Source: Patescibacteria group bacterium
GTDB lineage: Bacteria > Patescibacteriota > Microgenomatia > 0-14-0-10-38-17
Direction of reading: 5' to 3'
Assembly (NCBI GenBank): GCA_050947035.1
Contig: JBMNVW010000005.1
Span: 1 to 63,475, forward strand
Length of the DNA stretch: 63,475 nucleotides
The translations under genes were made by a program, and so were the position numbers. Positions 1-9,839 of the stretch are shown in pieces. Every line of letters starts with the position of its first letter. Within the stretch, counting starts at the first letter, position 1. The notes under the pieces were generated by a model. That model did no database searches, had not been told where the DNA came from, and worked only from the letters and a program-made list of their open reading frames with translations.

Positions 1-1
1 T

Positions 2-550
2 AATGCTCTAGAGCCGGATCTTTTTAAACAGGAAAAATTAATTATTCTTGACGATTTTCAAAAATTTTCTCTTTCACAACAAAAAAAAATTGCTCAAATA
101 ATTAACCAGTTTTCTTCTGAAAAAAAAATTATTATTTGGGCAAACAAAAACCTGCCCGCAAAGACCCTAAAGCTTTTTCCTAAAAAGCAAGACCAGCTGT
201 TTAAACCAGACAAAACTATCTTTTCTTTTCTAGATTCCCTTTCCCCTGATAATAAAAAAAAGTCTCTTTATCTTCTTAACCAAACTCTTAAAAAAGAGGC
301 GGTTGGCTTGGTCTTCTATCTTTTAGTTGGCCGAATTGAAGATCTGATTATTGCCAAATCCGAACATCAAAAAGAACTTAAAAAAGCCCCTTGGCAAAAG
401 AAAAGGCTAATCAAACAGGCAGAAAATTTTTCTCAAAACCAATTAGAAAAAATGCTAAAAGGGCTGATTCTTTTGGATTATCAACAGAAAACTGGCCAAA
501 TGTCTTACTCTTTTGAATTTGGTCTTGAACTTTTAATCGCCAATCTTTAA
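2..550 (+). CDS. holA: DNA polymerase III delta subunit (HolA-like), C-terminal part; 5' end outside window
   Basis: Frame 2 is open from the window edge to TAA at 548-550. The helical C-terminal region (LYLLNQTLKKEAVGLVFYLLVGRIEDLII ... LILLDYQQKTG) looks like a clamp-loader delta subunit. Track ORF 308..550 is only its last part. Confidence 0.5.
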   Translation, partial: NALEPDLFKQEKLIILDDFQKFSLSQQKKIAQIINQFSSEKKIIIWANKNLPAKTLKLFPKKQDQLFKPDKTIFSFLDSLSPDNKKKSLYLLNQTLKKEAVGLVFYLLVGRIEDLIIAKSEHQKELKKAPWQKKRLIKQAENFSQNQLEKMLKGLILLDYQQKTGQMSYSFEFGLELLIANL

Positions 551-565
551 AATCCTAAACTAATA

Positions 566-1936
566 ATGGATCCCAAAATTTTTTCCACTTATGATATTCG
601 CGGTCTTTATCCTGACCAATGGGATAAGGATGATGCTAGGCTTCTTGGTCAAGCCTTTGGCACTTTTTTTACCAAAAACAAAGTCACCAGTGTTTACCTT
701 GGCCAAGACAATCGTCAAAGCGGTCCCGAAATTACTAAAAAAATTTCCCAAGGCTTGATTTCTGCCGGTCAAAACGTTGTTAATTTAGGAACAATAATCA
801 CTCCCATGATTTATTTTTCTTGGTACCATTATCAGTCGCCAGCGACTATGATGATTACCGCCAGCCATAACCCAGCCGGATATAATGGTATCAAGTCAGC
901 GCTTAAAAAAAATATTATTTATGGTGACCAACTTCAAGATATTAAAAAAATTATTAAAAACAAAGACTTCATTAAAAAAAATCAAGGAAAAATCGAAAAT
1001 AAAACTATCGCCGAAAAATATATTGATTACATCACTAAAGACATTAAAATCAAAAAACCGCTAAGAATCTTGATCGACACCGGCAACGGCACAACTGGTC
1101 TTTTTGCCAAAAAAATGTTTGAAAAGGTTGGTTGCCAAACAAAAATTTTGTTCGAAAAATCCGACGGTTCTTTTCCTAACCACCCCGCCTATCCTCAAAA
1201 AGAGGAACACTACACTAAAATGAAGAAAGAGCTTCAAGATAACAATTACAATTTGGGATTAGCTTTTGATGGCGATGGTGATCGAATTGGTGTTTATAGC
1301 CCTGAAGGAAAATTTATTGAAAATGATATTACCGCCGCTATTTTTGCCAAAAAAATTTGCCAAAATCATCCCGGGGCCAAAATCGTCTTGAATGTTTCCA
1401 CTACCATGGCTGTCTTAGAAACTATTCGCGCCAATGGCGGCCAACCAATTCTTTGGAAAACAGGTTTCCCGCTAATTACCGAAAAAATGCAACAAGAAAA
1501 GGCTATTTTTGGCGGAGAAATCTCCGGCCATTTCTTTTTTACCGACCGCTATTTTGGTTATGATGACGCTTTTTACGCCGCCTTAAGATTACTAGAAATT
1601 ATTTCTCAGGGACCGGGAATTGGTCAATTAACCAAAGAACTACCTCAATACCACCAAATTCCTGAATTTCGACTTAAACTACCCCAAGGAATTGATAAAT
1701 ACCAAATAGGTGAAAAAATTGCCAACGAGATAAAGTCAGAATATCCAAGCGCCAAAGTCTTAGATATCGACGGGGTTCGTTTTTCTTTCGAAAATTCCTG
1801 GGGACTGCTTCGCCCTTCTAATACAGAGCCTTTGCTTTCTGGTCGAGCTGAGGGCAAAACTAAACAAGACTTAGAAAAAATTAAAACGATTATTAATGAT
1901 AAACTGAATAAGTATCAATTCCAACAAAGAATTTAA
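566..1936 (+). CDS. Phosphomannomutase/phosphoglucomutase (alpha-D-phosphohexomutase family)
   Basis: 456 aa with the active-site loop TASHNPAGYNGIK, metal-binding FDGDGDR, a GEISGH sugar loop and C-terminal RPSNTEP. Confidence 0.9.
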   Translation: MDPKIFSTYDIRGLYPDQWDKDDARLLGQAFGTFFTKNKVTSVYLGQDNRQSGPEITKKISQGLISAGQNVVNLGTIITPMIYFSWYHYQSPATMMITASHNPAGYNGIKSALKKNIIYGDQLQDIKKIIKNKDFIKKNQGKIENKTIAEKYIDYITKDIKIKKPLRILIDTGNGTTGLFAKKMFEKVGCQTKILFEKSDGSFPNHPAYPQKEEHYTKMKKELQDNNYNLGLAFDGDGDRIGVYSPEGKFIENDITAAIFAKKICQNHPGAKIVLNVSTTMAVLETIRANGGQPILWKTGFPLITEKMQQEKAIFGGEISGHFFFTDRYFGYDDAFYAALRLLEIISQGPGIGQLTKELPQYHQIPEFRLKLPQGIDKYQIGEKIANEIKSEYPSAKVLDIDGVRFSFENSWGLLRPSNTEPLLSGRAEGKTKQDLEKIKTIINDKLNKYQFQQRI

Positions 1937-2325
1937 TGACTAAAGAAATTCAATACTCACAAAAAACGATTAAGCCCTGGGGTTGGGAAATTTTATTTAC
2001 TCCCAAAAATCTGCCCTACACCGGTAAAATTCTTTTTGTTAAGGCCGGTAAACGCCTAAGCCTTCAATATCATGATCAAAAACAAGAAACCCTAAGTCTT
2101 CTTGAAGGAGAGACCAAGCTTATCCTGGAAAACGAGAAAGGAAAAATGGTTTCCTTGATGATGATTCCCAAAAATGGTTATACTATTAATCAGGGCAAAA
2201 AACATCGTCTTGAGGCAATCACCGATTGTTTAGTTGTTGAAGCCTCAACCCCAGAAATTGGCAAAACTTATCGAGTTGAAGACGACTATAGTCGAAAAGA
2301 TGAAAAATTAACCGAAAAAAGCTAA
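1936..2325 (+). CDS. Cupin-domain protein (type II mannose-6-phosphate isomerase-like cupin)
   Basis: 129 aa with KPWGWE ... LSLQYHDQKQETLSLLEGE ... HRLEA cupin His motifs. TAATG stop/start overlap with the phosphohexomutase gene. Confidence 0.6.
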   Translation: MTKEIQYSQKTIKPWGWEILFTPKNLPYTGKILFVKAGKRLSLQYHDQKQETLSLLEGETKLILENEKGKMVSLMMIPKNGYTINQGKKHRLEAITDCLVVEASTPEIGKTYRVEDDYSRKDEKLTEKS

Positions 2326-2450
2326 GAAGTAGCGAACCCGTGTCGTATACCCTAAGTGGTATTGCGATTAGTTCACGCTAAATAAAAAAAACGATTCAAC
2401 AATTAAACAAAATAACAATAAATTTCATTAAAAATTAAAATCCTATTCCT

Positions 2451-4712
2451 GTGCCTGCCAAAAACTTATCCTTCATTACCAACATTGGCCAAGCCGACAA
2501 CAATAACCAAATCTTAGTCGGGGATAAGGGAGCCTCTTTGGGCGAAATTAATAAACTTGGTCTGGCCACCCCTCCCGGTGTTATTGTCACCACCAAGGCC
2601 TATGACTATTTTATTAAAGAAAACGGGCTTCGACCAAAAATTAGCTCTCTTCTAGAAAGCGTTAATTTTAAAAAACCGGAAAACTTGCAAGAGGTCTCAG
2701 GCCAAATCAAAAAATTAATTCTCGCCAGCCAAATGCCCGAAGACCTGGCTTGGCAAATCATTAAAGCCTACGCTTCACTTGGTCGATTAACCAACCCCCC
2801 GGTTGCTGTCCGCTCTTCGGCGGTTGGTGAAGATTTGCAATCTTCATTCCTAAATGTTTCCGGAGAAGCCAACGTGGTTAAAAAAGTCCAAGAGTGCTGG
2901 GCGTCATTTTTTGAACCACGAGGGATCTTCTTTCGTCAAAAAGCCAAAAAAAATCTTTTCGGTCAGGGCATGGCGGTGGTTATCCAAAAAATGATTCAGG
3001 CCAAAACCGCCGGTGTTCTGTTTACCGCTGATCCGACTGGAGTGAAAAAAAACGTTCTTATCATTGAAGCTATTTGGGGTTTAGGAGAATACCTAGTTCA
3101 AGGCCAAGTCACCCCTGATCAATATTTAATTAACTTTAAAAATGGAAAAATTATTAACCAAAAAATAAATTCCCAAAAAGTTTGTTTAACTAAAAAAAAT
3201 AATAAAAATGTTAAAAGCCTAGTCGCCAAGAAAAAAATTAACCAAGCTAAGCTTTCAGAAAATGAAATCAAACGGCTGGCAGATCTAGCAAAAAAAATCC
3301 ACCAATTTTATTTTTTCCCTCAAGAAATAGAATGGGCTAAAGATAAAAATCAATTTTTTGTTCTCCAATCTCGCCCCTTAGCAACCATTGCCCCTAAAGA
3401 GAAAAAGCCAACCGGAAGAAAAACAATCAAAACTCCACCGCCTATTCTTGAAGGAATTGCTGCTAGTCCAGGAATAATTTCTGGTCCAGTTAAAAAAATA
3501 AAATCCGCCAAAGAAATTAAAAAAATAAAAAAGGGTGACATTTTAGTCGCCCCAATGACAACGCCCGATTTTATTCCGGCTATGCGCCTGATTGGCGGCA
3601 TTATTACCGATCAAGGCGGACAGACTTCCCATGCGGCAATTATTTCTCGAGAATTAAGCATTCCTTGTATTGTTGGCACAAAAAAAGCCACCAAAATCCT
3701 TAAAAATAAGCAAATTGTTACCATCGATGGGCACCAGGGCCAAGTTTTTACCGGCCAAAGAAAAAAATCTTCTAAAAAAACCAAAACTAGAATTAATCCC
3801 AAAAAGGCAAAAAAAATTAAAACCGCTACTAGAATTTATGTTAATTTAAGCGAGCCGGAGGTAGCCAAAACTATTGCCAAAAGAGCCGTTGATGGCGTTG
3901 GCTTGCTACGAGCCGAATTTATGCTAGCCAAAATCGGCACCCATCCCCAGGTCCTAATTAATAAGGGCAAGGAAAAAACTATTATTAAAGAATTATCAAT
4001 TGGCTTAGAAAAAATTTGCCAGGCTTTTTCTCCTCGTCCGGTTGTTTATCGATCCAGCGACTTTAAAACCAATGAATACCGACACTTAACTGGTGGTAAA
4101 AAATATGAACCAGAAGAAGAGAACCCCCTTCTTGGCTCCCGCGGTGCTAGTCGCTATATTGCTAATAGCCGAGTCTTTTCTTTAGAATTAGAGGCAATTA
4201 AAAATATCCGAAATAAAAAAGGTTTAAAAAATCTTTGGTTAATGCTTCCCTTTGTCCGTACTCCAGAAGAATTAATTGAGGTTAAAAAAATTATTGCCAC
4301 CCATGGTTTATCTCGCGGTCCAAGTTTTAAGCTTTGGTTAATGGTAGAAACTCCAGGCAACGTTATTAACTTAGAGAAATTTATCAAGGCTGGTATTGAC
4401 GGTGTTTCTATCGGCACTAACGACTTAACAATGTTGATGTTGGGTGTTGATCGGGATAATGCTAAACTAAATAAACTATTTGATGAAACTAATCCGGCTG
4501 TTCTTTGGGCGATCAAAAAAATTATTAAAACCTGTCAAAAACACGAAATTACTAGTTCAATTTGCGGACAAGTAGTTTCTGATCAACCCGAAAATATTAT
4601 AGAAAAATTAATTTCCTGGGGAATTAGCAGCGTTTCTGTTAACCCTGATGTTATTGAAGAAACCCGACAACTAGTTGCTTGGGCTGAAGAAAAAAATATT
4701 AAAAATGGCTAA
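2451..4712 (+). CDS. ppsA: Phosphoenolpyruvate synthase / PEP-utilising enzyme
   Basis: 753 aa with an N-terminal ATP-grasp-like region (VGDKGASLGE), the phospho-His swivel motif GGQTSHAAIISRELSIPCIVG and a C-terminal PEP/pyruvate TIM-barrel (GVSIGTNDLT). GTG start. Confidence 0.85.
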   Translation: MPAKNLSFITNIGQADNNNQILVGDKGASLGEINKLGLATPPGVIVTTKAYDYFIKENGLRPKISSLLESVNFKKPENLQEVSGQIKKLILASQMPEDLAWQIIKAYASLGRLTNPPVAVRSSAVGEDLQSSFLNVSGEANVVKKVQECWASFFEPRGIFFRQKAKKNLFGQGMAVVIQKMIQAKTAGVLFTADPTGVKKNVLIIEAIWGLGEYLVQGQVTPDQYLINFKNGKIINQKINSQKVCLTKKNNKNVKSLVAKKKINQAKLSENEIKRLADLAKKIHQFYFFPQEIEWAKDKNQFFVLQSRPLATIAPKEKKPTGRKTIKTPPPILEGIAASPGIISGPVKKIKSAKEIKKIKKGDILVAPMTTPDFIPAMRLIGGIITDQGGQTSHAAIISRELSIPCIVGTKKATKILKNKQIVTIDGHQGQVFTGQRKKSSKKTKTRINPKKAKKIKTATRIYVNLSEPEVAKTIAKRAVDGVGLLRAEFMLAKIGTHPQVLINKGKEKTIIKELSIGLEKICQAFSPRPVVYRSSDFKTNEYRHLTGGKKYEPEEENPLLGSRGASRYIANSRVFSLELEAIKNIRNKKGLKNLWLMLPFVRTPEELIEVKKIIATHGLSRGPSFKLWLMVETPGNVINLEKFIKAGIDGVSIGTNDLTMLMLGVDRDNAKLNKLFDETNPAVLWAIKKIIKTCQKHEITSSICGQVVSDQPENIIEKLISWGISSVSVNPDVIEETRQLVAWAEEKNIKNG

Positions 4713-5991
4713 AATTATCGCTGTTGGCGCCCGAGAGATAATTGATTCTCGAGCCACTCCTACCATCGAAACAACCATCTTTTTAGATAATGATATTTTT
4801 GCTACTGCCTCTGTTCCTTCTGGCGCTTCCGTTGGCTCCCATGAAGCCCTAGAGTTGCGAGACGAGGATAAACAGCGCTATTTGGGCAAGGGAGTTTTAA
4901 AAGCTATTTATAACATAGAAAAGGTTATTGCTCCTAAAATTATTGGCCTAGATATAGGAGATCAGGAAAAAATTGATCAAACAATGATCGATTTAGATGG
5001 AACTAAAAATAAAAGCAATTTGGGCGCTAATGCTATTTTGTCTTGCTCTATCACGGCGGTTAAAGCCGCCGCCTTCCATTATCAACGTCACCTATTTGAA
5101 TATGTTTCCGAATTGGCAAAAAATTTTGACCTTAATATTCCTGATAATCAAAAAATGCCTGTTCCCGTTCTTAATTTGATCAACGGCGGCAAACACGGAG
5201 CGGGGAATTTAGAATTCCAAGAATTCCATATTGTTCCCTTGGGAATAAAGACTTTTGCCAATCAAGTTCGAGCAGCTGCCGAAATTTACAAACATGTTGA
5301 AATGGTTTTAACAGAAAACAAGGCTATTCATTCGGTCGGTGATGAGGGCGGTTTTGCTCCTAATCTTTTTACTAATCTTGACGCCCTAGAAGTAGTGGCT
5401 CGGGCCACTAATCGAGCCGGATATATTCTTCATAAAGATGTTTATTTAGGTCTTGATGTGGCGGCCGATTTTTTTTACAAAAAAGGTTATTACAATATTC
5501 GCGACCGAACCTCACCAATGCCTACTCAAGATTTTATTGCCTTTTATCGTCAATTAAGAGAACAATACCCTCTGCTTCTTCTGGAAGATCCTTTATACGA
5601 AGACGACTGGAAGGGTTGGAGTCGTCTAGCTCAAACTCTAGATCTAAACAAGGTTACTCTTGTAGGCGATGATCTTTTATGTACCAACCCGGAAAGAACC
5701 AAAAAAGCCATTCAAGAAAAATCTTGCAACGGCATTTTGGTTAAACCAAATCAGGTAGGAACTATTTCCGAAACCCTGAAAGTTATCAAGATGGCCAAGG
5801 AGGCTGGCTGGAAAACGGTTATTTCTCATCGCAGTGGTGAAACCGCTGATAATTTTATTGCCGACTTTGCTGTTGGTGTTGGTGGTGATTTCGTTAAATT
5901 TGGCGCTCCAGCTCGAGGAGAAAGAACAACAAAATATAATCGACTAATGAAAATTGAAGAAATTCTTAATAACAACCAAGCTAACCATTAA
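4705..5991 (+). CDS. eno: Enolase
   Basis: MAKIIAVGAREIIDSRATPTIE start, SVPSGASVGSHEALELRD, LVKPNQVGTISET and SHRSGETAD motifs. ATG at 4705 preferred over the upstream track start at 4675. Confidence 0.95.
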   Translation: MAKIIAVGAREIIDSRATPTIETTIFLDNDIFATASVPSGASVGSHEALELRDEDKQRYLGKGVLKAIYNIEKVIAPKIIGLDIGDQEKIDQTMIDLDGTKNKSNLGANAILSCSITAVKAAAFHYQRHLFEYVSELAKNFDLNIPDNQKMPVPVLNLINGGKHGAGNLEFQEFHIVPLGIKTFANQVRAAAEIYKHVEMVLTENKAIHSVGDEGGFAPNLFTNLDALEVVARATNRAGYILHKDVYLGLDVAADFFYKKGYYNIRDRTSPMPTQDFIAFYRQLREQYPLLLLEDPLYEDDWKGWSRLAQTLDLNKVTLVGDDLLCTNPERTKKAIQEKSCNGILVKPNQVGTISETLKVIKMAKEAGWKTVISHRSGETADNFIADFAVGVGGDFVKFGAPARGERTTKYNRLMKIEEILNNNQANH

Positions 5992-5998
5992 TTAATTA

Positions 5999-7627
5999 AT
6001 GATGAATAATAACGATCCTACCGTTTTAATTATTCTTGATGGTTGGGGGTTGGCTAATACCCAAACCGGCAACGCTATTCTTCAAGCTAAAACCCCAAAC
6101 TTTAATAAATACTGGGCTTCTTTCCCTCATACTCAACTAATTGCTTCCGGCGAACCAGTTGGCTTACCAAAAGGAGAAAAGGGTAATTCTGAAACTGGTC
6201 ATCTTAATTTAGGGGCTGGCCGAATTGTGCTTCAAGACCTGGTCCGAATTAATATGAGTGTTGCCGATGGGACATTTTTTGAAAATAAGGCCTTTTTAGA
6301 GGCCATTGCCTTCAGCAAAAAAAACGATCAACCTCTCCATCTTTTAGGAATGATTGGTTCAGCTGGAGTTCATGCCAATAATCAGCATCTATTTGCTCTG
6401 CTAAGATTGGCCAAAAAAGAAAAAGTAAAAAAAGTTTATCTACATCTTTTTACCGATGGCCGGGACTCACCTCCCAAGTCGGCCCTAACATTCTTAGAGC
6501 AAGTTGAAAACCAAATGGCTAGCTTGGAAGTGGGAGAAATTGCCAGCATTATGGGACGGTTTTGGGCAATGGATCGAGATAATCGTTGGGAAAGAACTCA
6601 AAAAGCCTATCAGGCCATTGTTGAAGGCCAAGGCATATCGGCCCCAAGCGCCAAGGAAGCTATAAAACAAGCCTACCAACGCCAAGAAACAGATGAATTT
6701 ATTAAACCCACTATTATTAATGGTCCAAACCAAACGTCCAAGACCATTAAAGATGGTGACGGGGTAATTTTCTTCAACTTTAGAATTGACCGGCCCCGGC
6801 AACTCACCAAGGCCATTGTTTTAGAAGATTTAGAAAACTACCAACCTAAAAAAGCCGCCTTTGATCCTTACGCGGAAAAATACGGCCAAAAACTATATGC
6901 CCCGATTGAAAAAATCCAAACATTCCAAAGGAAAAAGAAATTAACCAACATTTTCTTTGTCACCATGACTGAATACGAAAAGGGCCTGCCTGTCCATGTT
7001 GCCTTTCCTTCTCGAGAAATTCCTCTACCCTTGGCTCAAGTAATTTCTCAAGAAGGAAGAAGACAGCTTCATATTGCTGAAACCGAAAAAGAACGTTTCG
7101 TTACCTACTACTTTAATGGTTTTCGTGAAAAGCCCTTTGCCGGAGAAGAATGGTTCGAGGTCTCCTCACCGCCAGTTAAAACTTATGACCAAAAACCGGA
7201 AATGAGCGCTCCAGAGGTAACCGAAGAAGTCTTGAAAAGATTGAGAAAAAACAATCTTGATTTTATTTTAATTAATTTTGCCAATCCCGACATGGTCGGT
7301 CACACTGGGGTTTTGGAAGCTGGAATTAAGGCCTGTGAAGCCACTGATCAAGCTTTAGGAAAAATTATTAATCAAATCTTTGCTACTGGCGGAACAGCGG
7401 TTGTTACCGCCGATCATGGCAATGTCGAGGAAATGATTAATCTTTCTACTGGAGAAATAGACACCGAACATTCGGCCAACCCAGTTCCTTTCATTCTAGT
7501 TGGTAAAAAATTCTTAGGTCAATCTCAAATGCTTCCTAGGGGAATATTGGCCGATGTTGCTCCATCAGTTCTGTCATTAATGAACATTTCCTCGCCTGTT
7601 AATATGACCGGTCATAGTTTAATCTGA
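5999..7627 (+). CDS. gpmI: 2,3-bisphosphoglycerate-independent phosphoglycerate mutase
   Basis: 542 aa with LIILDGWG, GNSETGHLNLGAGR, NFANPDMVGHTG and TADHGN motifs. Ends at a TGA stop. Confidence 0.95.
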   Translation: MMNNNDPTVLIILDGWGLANTQTGNAILQAKTPNFNKYWASFPHTQLIASGEPVGLPKGEKGNSETGHLNLGAGRIVLQDLVRINMSVADGTFFENKAFLEAIAFSKKNDQPLHLLGMIGSAGVHANNQHLFALLRLAKKEKVKKVYLHLFTDGRDSPPKSALTFLEQVENQMASLEVGEIASIMGRFWAMDRDNRWERTQKAYQAIVEGQGISAPSAKEAIKQAYQRQETDEFIKPTIINGPNQTSKTIKDGDGVIFFNFRIDRPRQLTKAIVLEDLENYQPKKAAFDPYAEKYGQKLYAPIEKIQTFQRKKKLTNIFFVTMTEYEKGLPVHVAFPSREIPLPLAQVISQEGRRQLHIAETEKERFVTYYFNGFREKPFAGEEWFEVSSPPVKTYDQKPEMSAPEVTEEVLKRLRKNNLDFILINFANPDMVGHTGVLEAGIKACEATDQALGKIINQIFATGGTAVVTADHGNVEEMINLSTGEIDTEHSANPVPFILVGKKFLGQSQMLPRGILADVAPSVLSLMNISSPVNMTGHSLI

Positions 7628-8334
7628 GGAGGATGTTTTTTTAAAGATAAAACTACAGTTATCTCACCTTTAATTTTTTTATTTTCCAACTTATCCAAAA
7701 CCTCTTTCAAATTACCAGCAATTTTTTCTTCATGAACCTTGGTTAATTCTCTAGCAATCACCACCTGAGTATGAGCAGGAAAAATCTTCTGAGCAAGACT
7801 TAAGGTTTTGAGCAAACGATAGGGTGACTCATAAAAAACTAAAGTGGGAAAAATAGGGGAGTCGGCCAAATTAGCAAAGGCCTGAAACATTTTTTTTATT
7901 TTACCCTTTTTCTTAGGCAAAAATCCCAAAAATAAAAACTTATCCGTTGGCAAACCGGAAATTGATAGGGCGGTGATGGCCGCATTGGGACCAGGAACAC
8001 CAACCACCTCAATTCCTGCCCCAAGACAAGCTCGAACCAACTTAAAACCCGGATCAGCAATAACCGGCGTGCCGGCATTAGTTACCAGAGCCACATCATT
8101 ACCATTTAATAGTTTGGCCAAAATTTCCGGTTGTTTTTTTAATTCATTGCCTTCAAAAAAAGGCAGCAGGGGAGGAGGGGTTTTTTCTGATGGCAAAATC
8201 TCTTTTAGAAGTCGGCCGGTCTTTCTGGTATCCTCGGCTAAAACCAAATCCACTCCTTCTAAAACTTCTATCGCTCGAAAAGTAATATCAGCCAAGTTGC
8301 CAATTGGTGTCGCTACTAAAAATAATTTCCCCAT
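7612..8334 (-). CDS. rsmI: 16S rRNA 2'-O-methyltransferase RsmI (tetrapyrrole-methylase fold)
   Basis: 240 aa with LFLVATPIGNLADITFRAIEVL ... AEDTR ... GTPVIADPG. Convergent 16-nt overlap with gpmI. Confidence 0.85.
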   Translation of the reverse strand: MGKLFLVATPIGNLADITFRAIEVLEGVDLVLAEDTRKTGRLLKEILPSEKTPPPLLPFFEGNELKKQPEILAKLLNGNDVALVTNAGTPVIADPGFKLVRACLGAGIEVVGVPGPNAAITALSISGLPTDKFLFLGFLPKKKGKIKKMFQAFANLADSPIFPTLVFYESPYRLLKTLSLAQKIFPAHTQVVIARELTKVHEEKIAGNLKEVLDKLENKKIKGEITVVLSLKKHPPQIKL

Positions 8335-8375
8335 AACCCTATTATAACAATAACTTACTAACTCACCTCCCCCTA

Positions 8376-8394
8376 TTCCACCTTCGAGGTGGAA
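8376..8394. repeat. REP-like hairpin, variant of the CCACCTT-N-AAGGTGG family
   Basis: TTCCACCTTCGAGGTGGAA is a perfect palindrome in the rsmI/dedA divergent intergenic region. It has the same arms as the hairpins at 29853, 30613 and 35201. Confidence 0.6.
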
Positions 8395-8468
8395 TACCCT
8401 AAGGTAGACCTACCATTTGCTAAACGGCGATTAAAATGGTTATAATGACAGCCATTGAATGAAAACTT

Positions 8469-9137
8469 ATGTTTGAAATTGTTGATCAAATTACCAACTG
8501 GATCGTTACGGCCATTGGTAAAAATGGCACTTGGGCGATTTTCTGGGGCGGTATTATCGAACAAATCATCATCCCCATTCCTTCTCCTCTAATTACTATG
8601 GCTGGCGGTTTCTTGCTTGTCGCCAAAGAGCAGCCTCTTCTTTCAGCTTTGGGGGAGATATTCTTAAAAATTACCCTACCTTACTCCGTCGCCGCCGTCT
8701 TAGGATTGGGGATTGTTTATTTTATTGCTTATTTCGGCGGCAAACCGTTGATTGAAAAATTCAGTCATTTTATTGGTTTCTCCTGGCAAGATATTAAACA
8801 TCTTCAAAAAAAATTTAAAGGCACCTGGCATGACGATTTACTAGTTTTTATCTTGCGAGCCATTCCCGTTATTCCTATCTCAATCATTTCCGGTGTGGCT
8901 GGGGCTATCCGCATGCCTATTGTCGATTTTTACCTTGCTTCTGCTTTGGGAGTTCTACTCAGAAGCTTTATTCTAGGTTTTATCGGCTGGCAGGTGGGCG
9001 AGGCCTATGAGTCAATGGCTCAGGGCCTAGATCAAATTTCAGATATTCTTACTATTCTAATTGCGGCGGCTATTTTTGGTTTTTTGGTCTGGGGTTACAA
9101 AAAAAGAAGCAAATTCTTAGAAGAACAAAAAAAGTAA
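8469..9137 (+). CDS. DedA/VTT-domain membrane protein
   Basis: 222 aa, multiple TM helices, and the typical FWGGIIEQIIIPIPSPLIT re-entrant motif. Confidence 0.75.
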   Translation: MFEIVDQITNWIVTAIGKNGTWAIFWGGIIEQIIIPIPSPLITMAGGFLLVAKEQPLLSALGEIFLKITLPYSVAAVLGLGIVYFIAYFGGKPLIEKFSHFIGFSWQDIKHLQKKFKGTWHDDLLVFILRAIPVIPISIISGVAGAIRMPIVDFYLASALGVLLRSFILGFIGWQVGEAYESMAQGLDQISDILTILIAAAIFGFLVWGYKKRSKFLEEQKK

Positions 9138-9140
9138 AAT

Positions 9141-9764
9141 TTACTCACCAAACTTTCTAATCACTCCCTTTACTCGACCCTTAATCGCCACATTTTTAGC
9201 AAAAATGGGTTTCATGCTGCTGTTAGCCGGCTCCAGACGAATACGAGTTTTTTCTTTAAAATAGCGCTTTAGGGTGGCCAAACCATCTTCTAAAATCGCC
9301 ACCACAATATCACCGTCTTTGGCCTGTTCTCTTTCCTCAACAACTACAAAATCACCATCTAAAATCCCCTCATCAACCATTGATTCTCCCTTAACTTGCA
9401 AAACAAAGCTTCTTTTTTTGCCGGAAACTAAATTCGCTGGCACCGATAAAGAGGCATTGGGATCGGTATAAGTCTCAATTGGCGCTCCGGCGGCAATAAA
9501 ACCCAAAATCGGCACCTCAACTTGGGGAGTATTATCGTCAGCCAAGTCTTCATCCAAAATTTCAATACCGCGAATTTTGCCTTTATAACGTCTTAAAACG
9601 CCTTTTTTTTCCAAATTATTTAAGTGCTCGTGAACCGTCGCCAAAGAAGAAACACCAATAGCATCAGCGATTTGCTGTAGAGTAGGGGAAACACCAAATT
9701 TTTGAATATACTGGGCAATAAAATCGAGGATTTGTTTTTGGCGTTTATAAAGAGTAACTGGCAT
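9141..9764 (-). CDS. lexA: LexA repressor
   Basis: wHTH N-terminus (LYKRQKQILDFI ... SPTLQQIADAIGVSS ... HLNNLEKKGVLRR) and an S24 peptidase C-terminus (VKGESM ... GDIVVA ... LKR). ATG at 9764 preferred over the TTG at 9806. Confidence 0.9.
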   Translation of the reverse strand: MPVTLYKRQKQILDFIAQYIQKFGVSPTLQQIADAIGVSSLATVHEHLNNLEKKGVLRRYKGKIRGIEILDEDLADDNTPQVEVPILGFIAAGAPIETYTDPNASLSVPANLVSGKKRSFVLQVKGESMVDEGILDGDFVVVEEREQAKDGDIVVAILEDGLATLKRYFKEKTRIRLEPANSSMKPIFAKNVAIKGRVKGVIRKFGE

Positions 9765-9777
9765 AAGCTTACTCAAA

Positions 9778-9806
9778 AATTTACCAAAGAAAACCCAAAA
9801 AGTCAA
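9778..9806 (-). promoter_or_regulatory. Candidate sigma70-type promoter of lexA
   Basis: On the minus strand: TTGACT (9806-9801), a 17-nt spacer, then TAAATT (9783-9778). This would give a very short leader before the ATG at 9764. Confidence 0.35.
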
Positions 9807-9813
9807 TATTCAT

Positions 9814-9838
9814 TTTTTACACCCCCGGGGTGTAAAAA
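9814..9838 (-). terminator. Perfect 12-bp-arm hairpin directly after the map stop codon
   Basis: TTTTTACACCCC-C-GGGGTGTAAAAA, with A/T runs on both sides (bidirectional terminator shape). It lies about 50 nt upstream of the lexA start. Confidence 0.6.
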
Positions 9839-9839
9839 T

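Noticed and set aside
9814-9838. Perfect palindrome between map and lexA as a LexA operator
   Set aside because: It directly follows the map stop codon and has the A-run/T-run shape of a bidirectional terminator. No similar palindrome precedes uvrA or uvrB. Annotated as a terminator.
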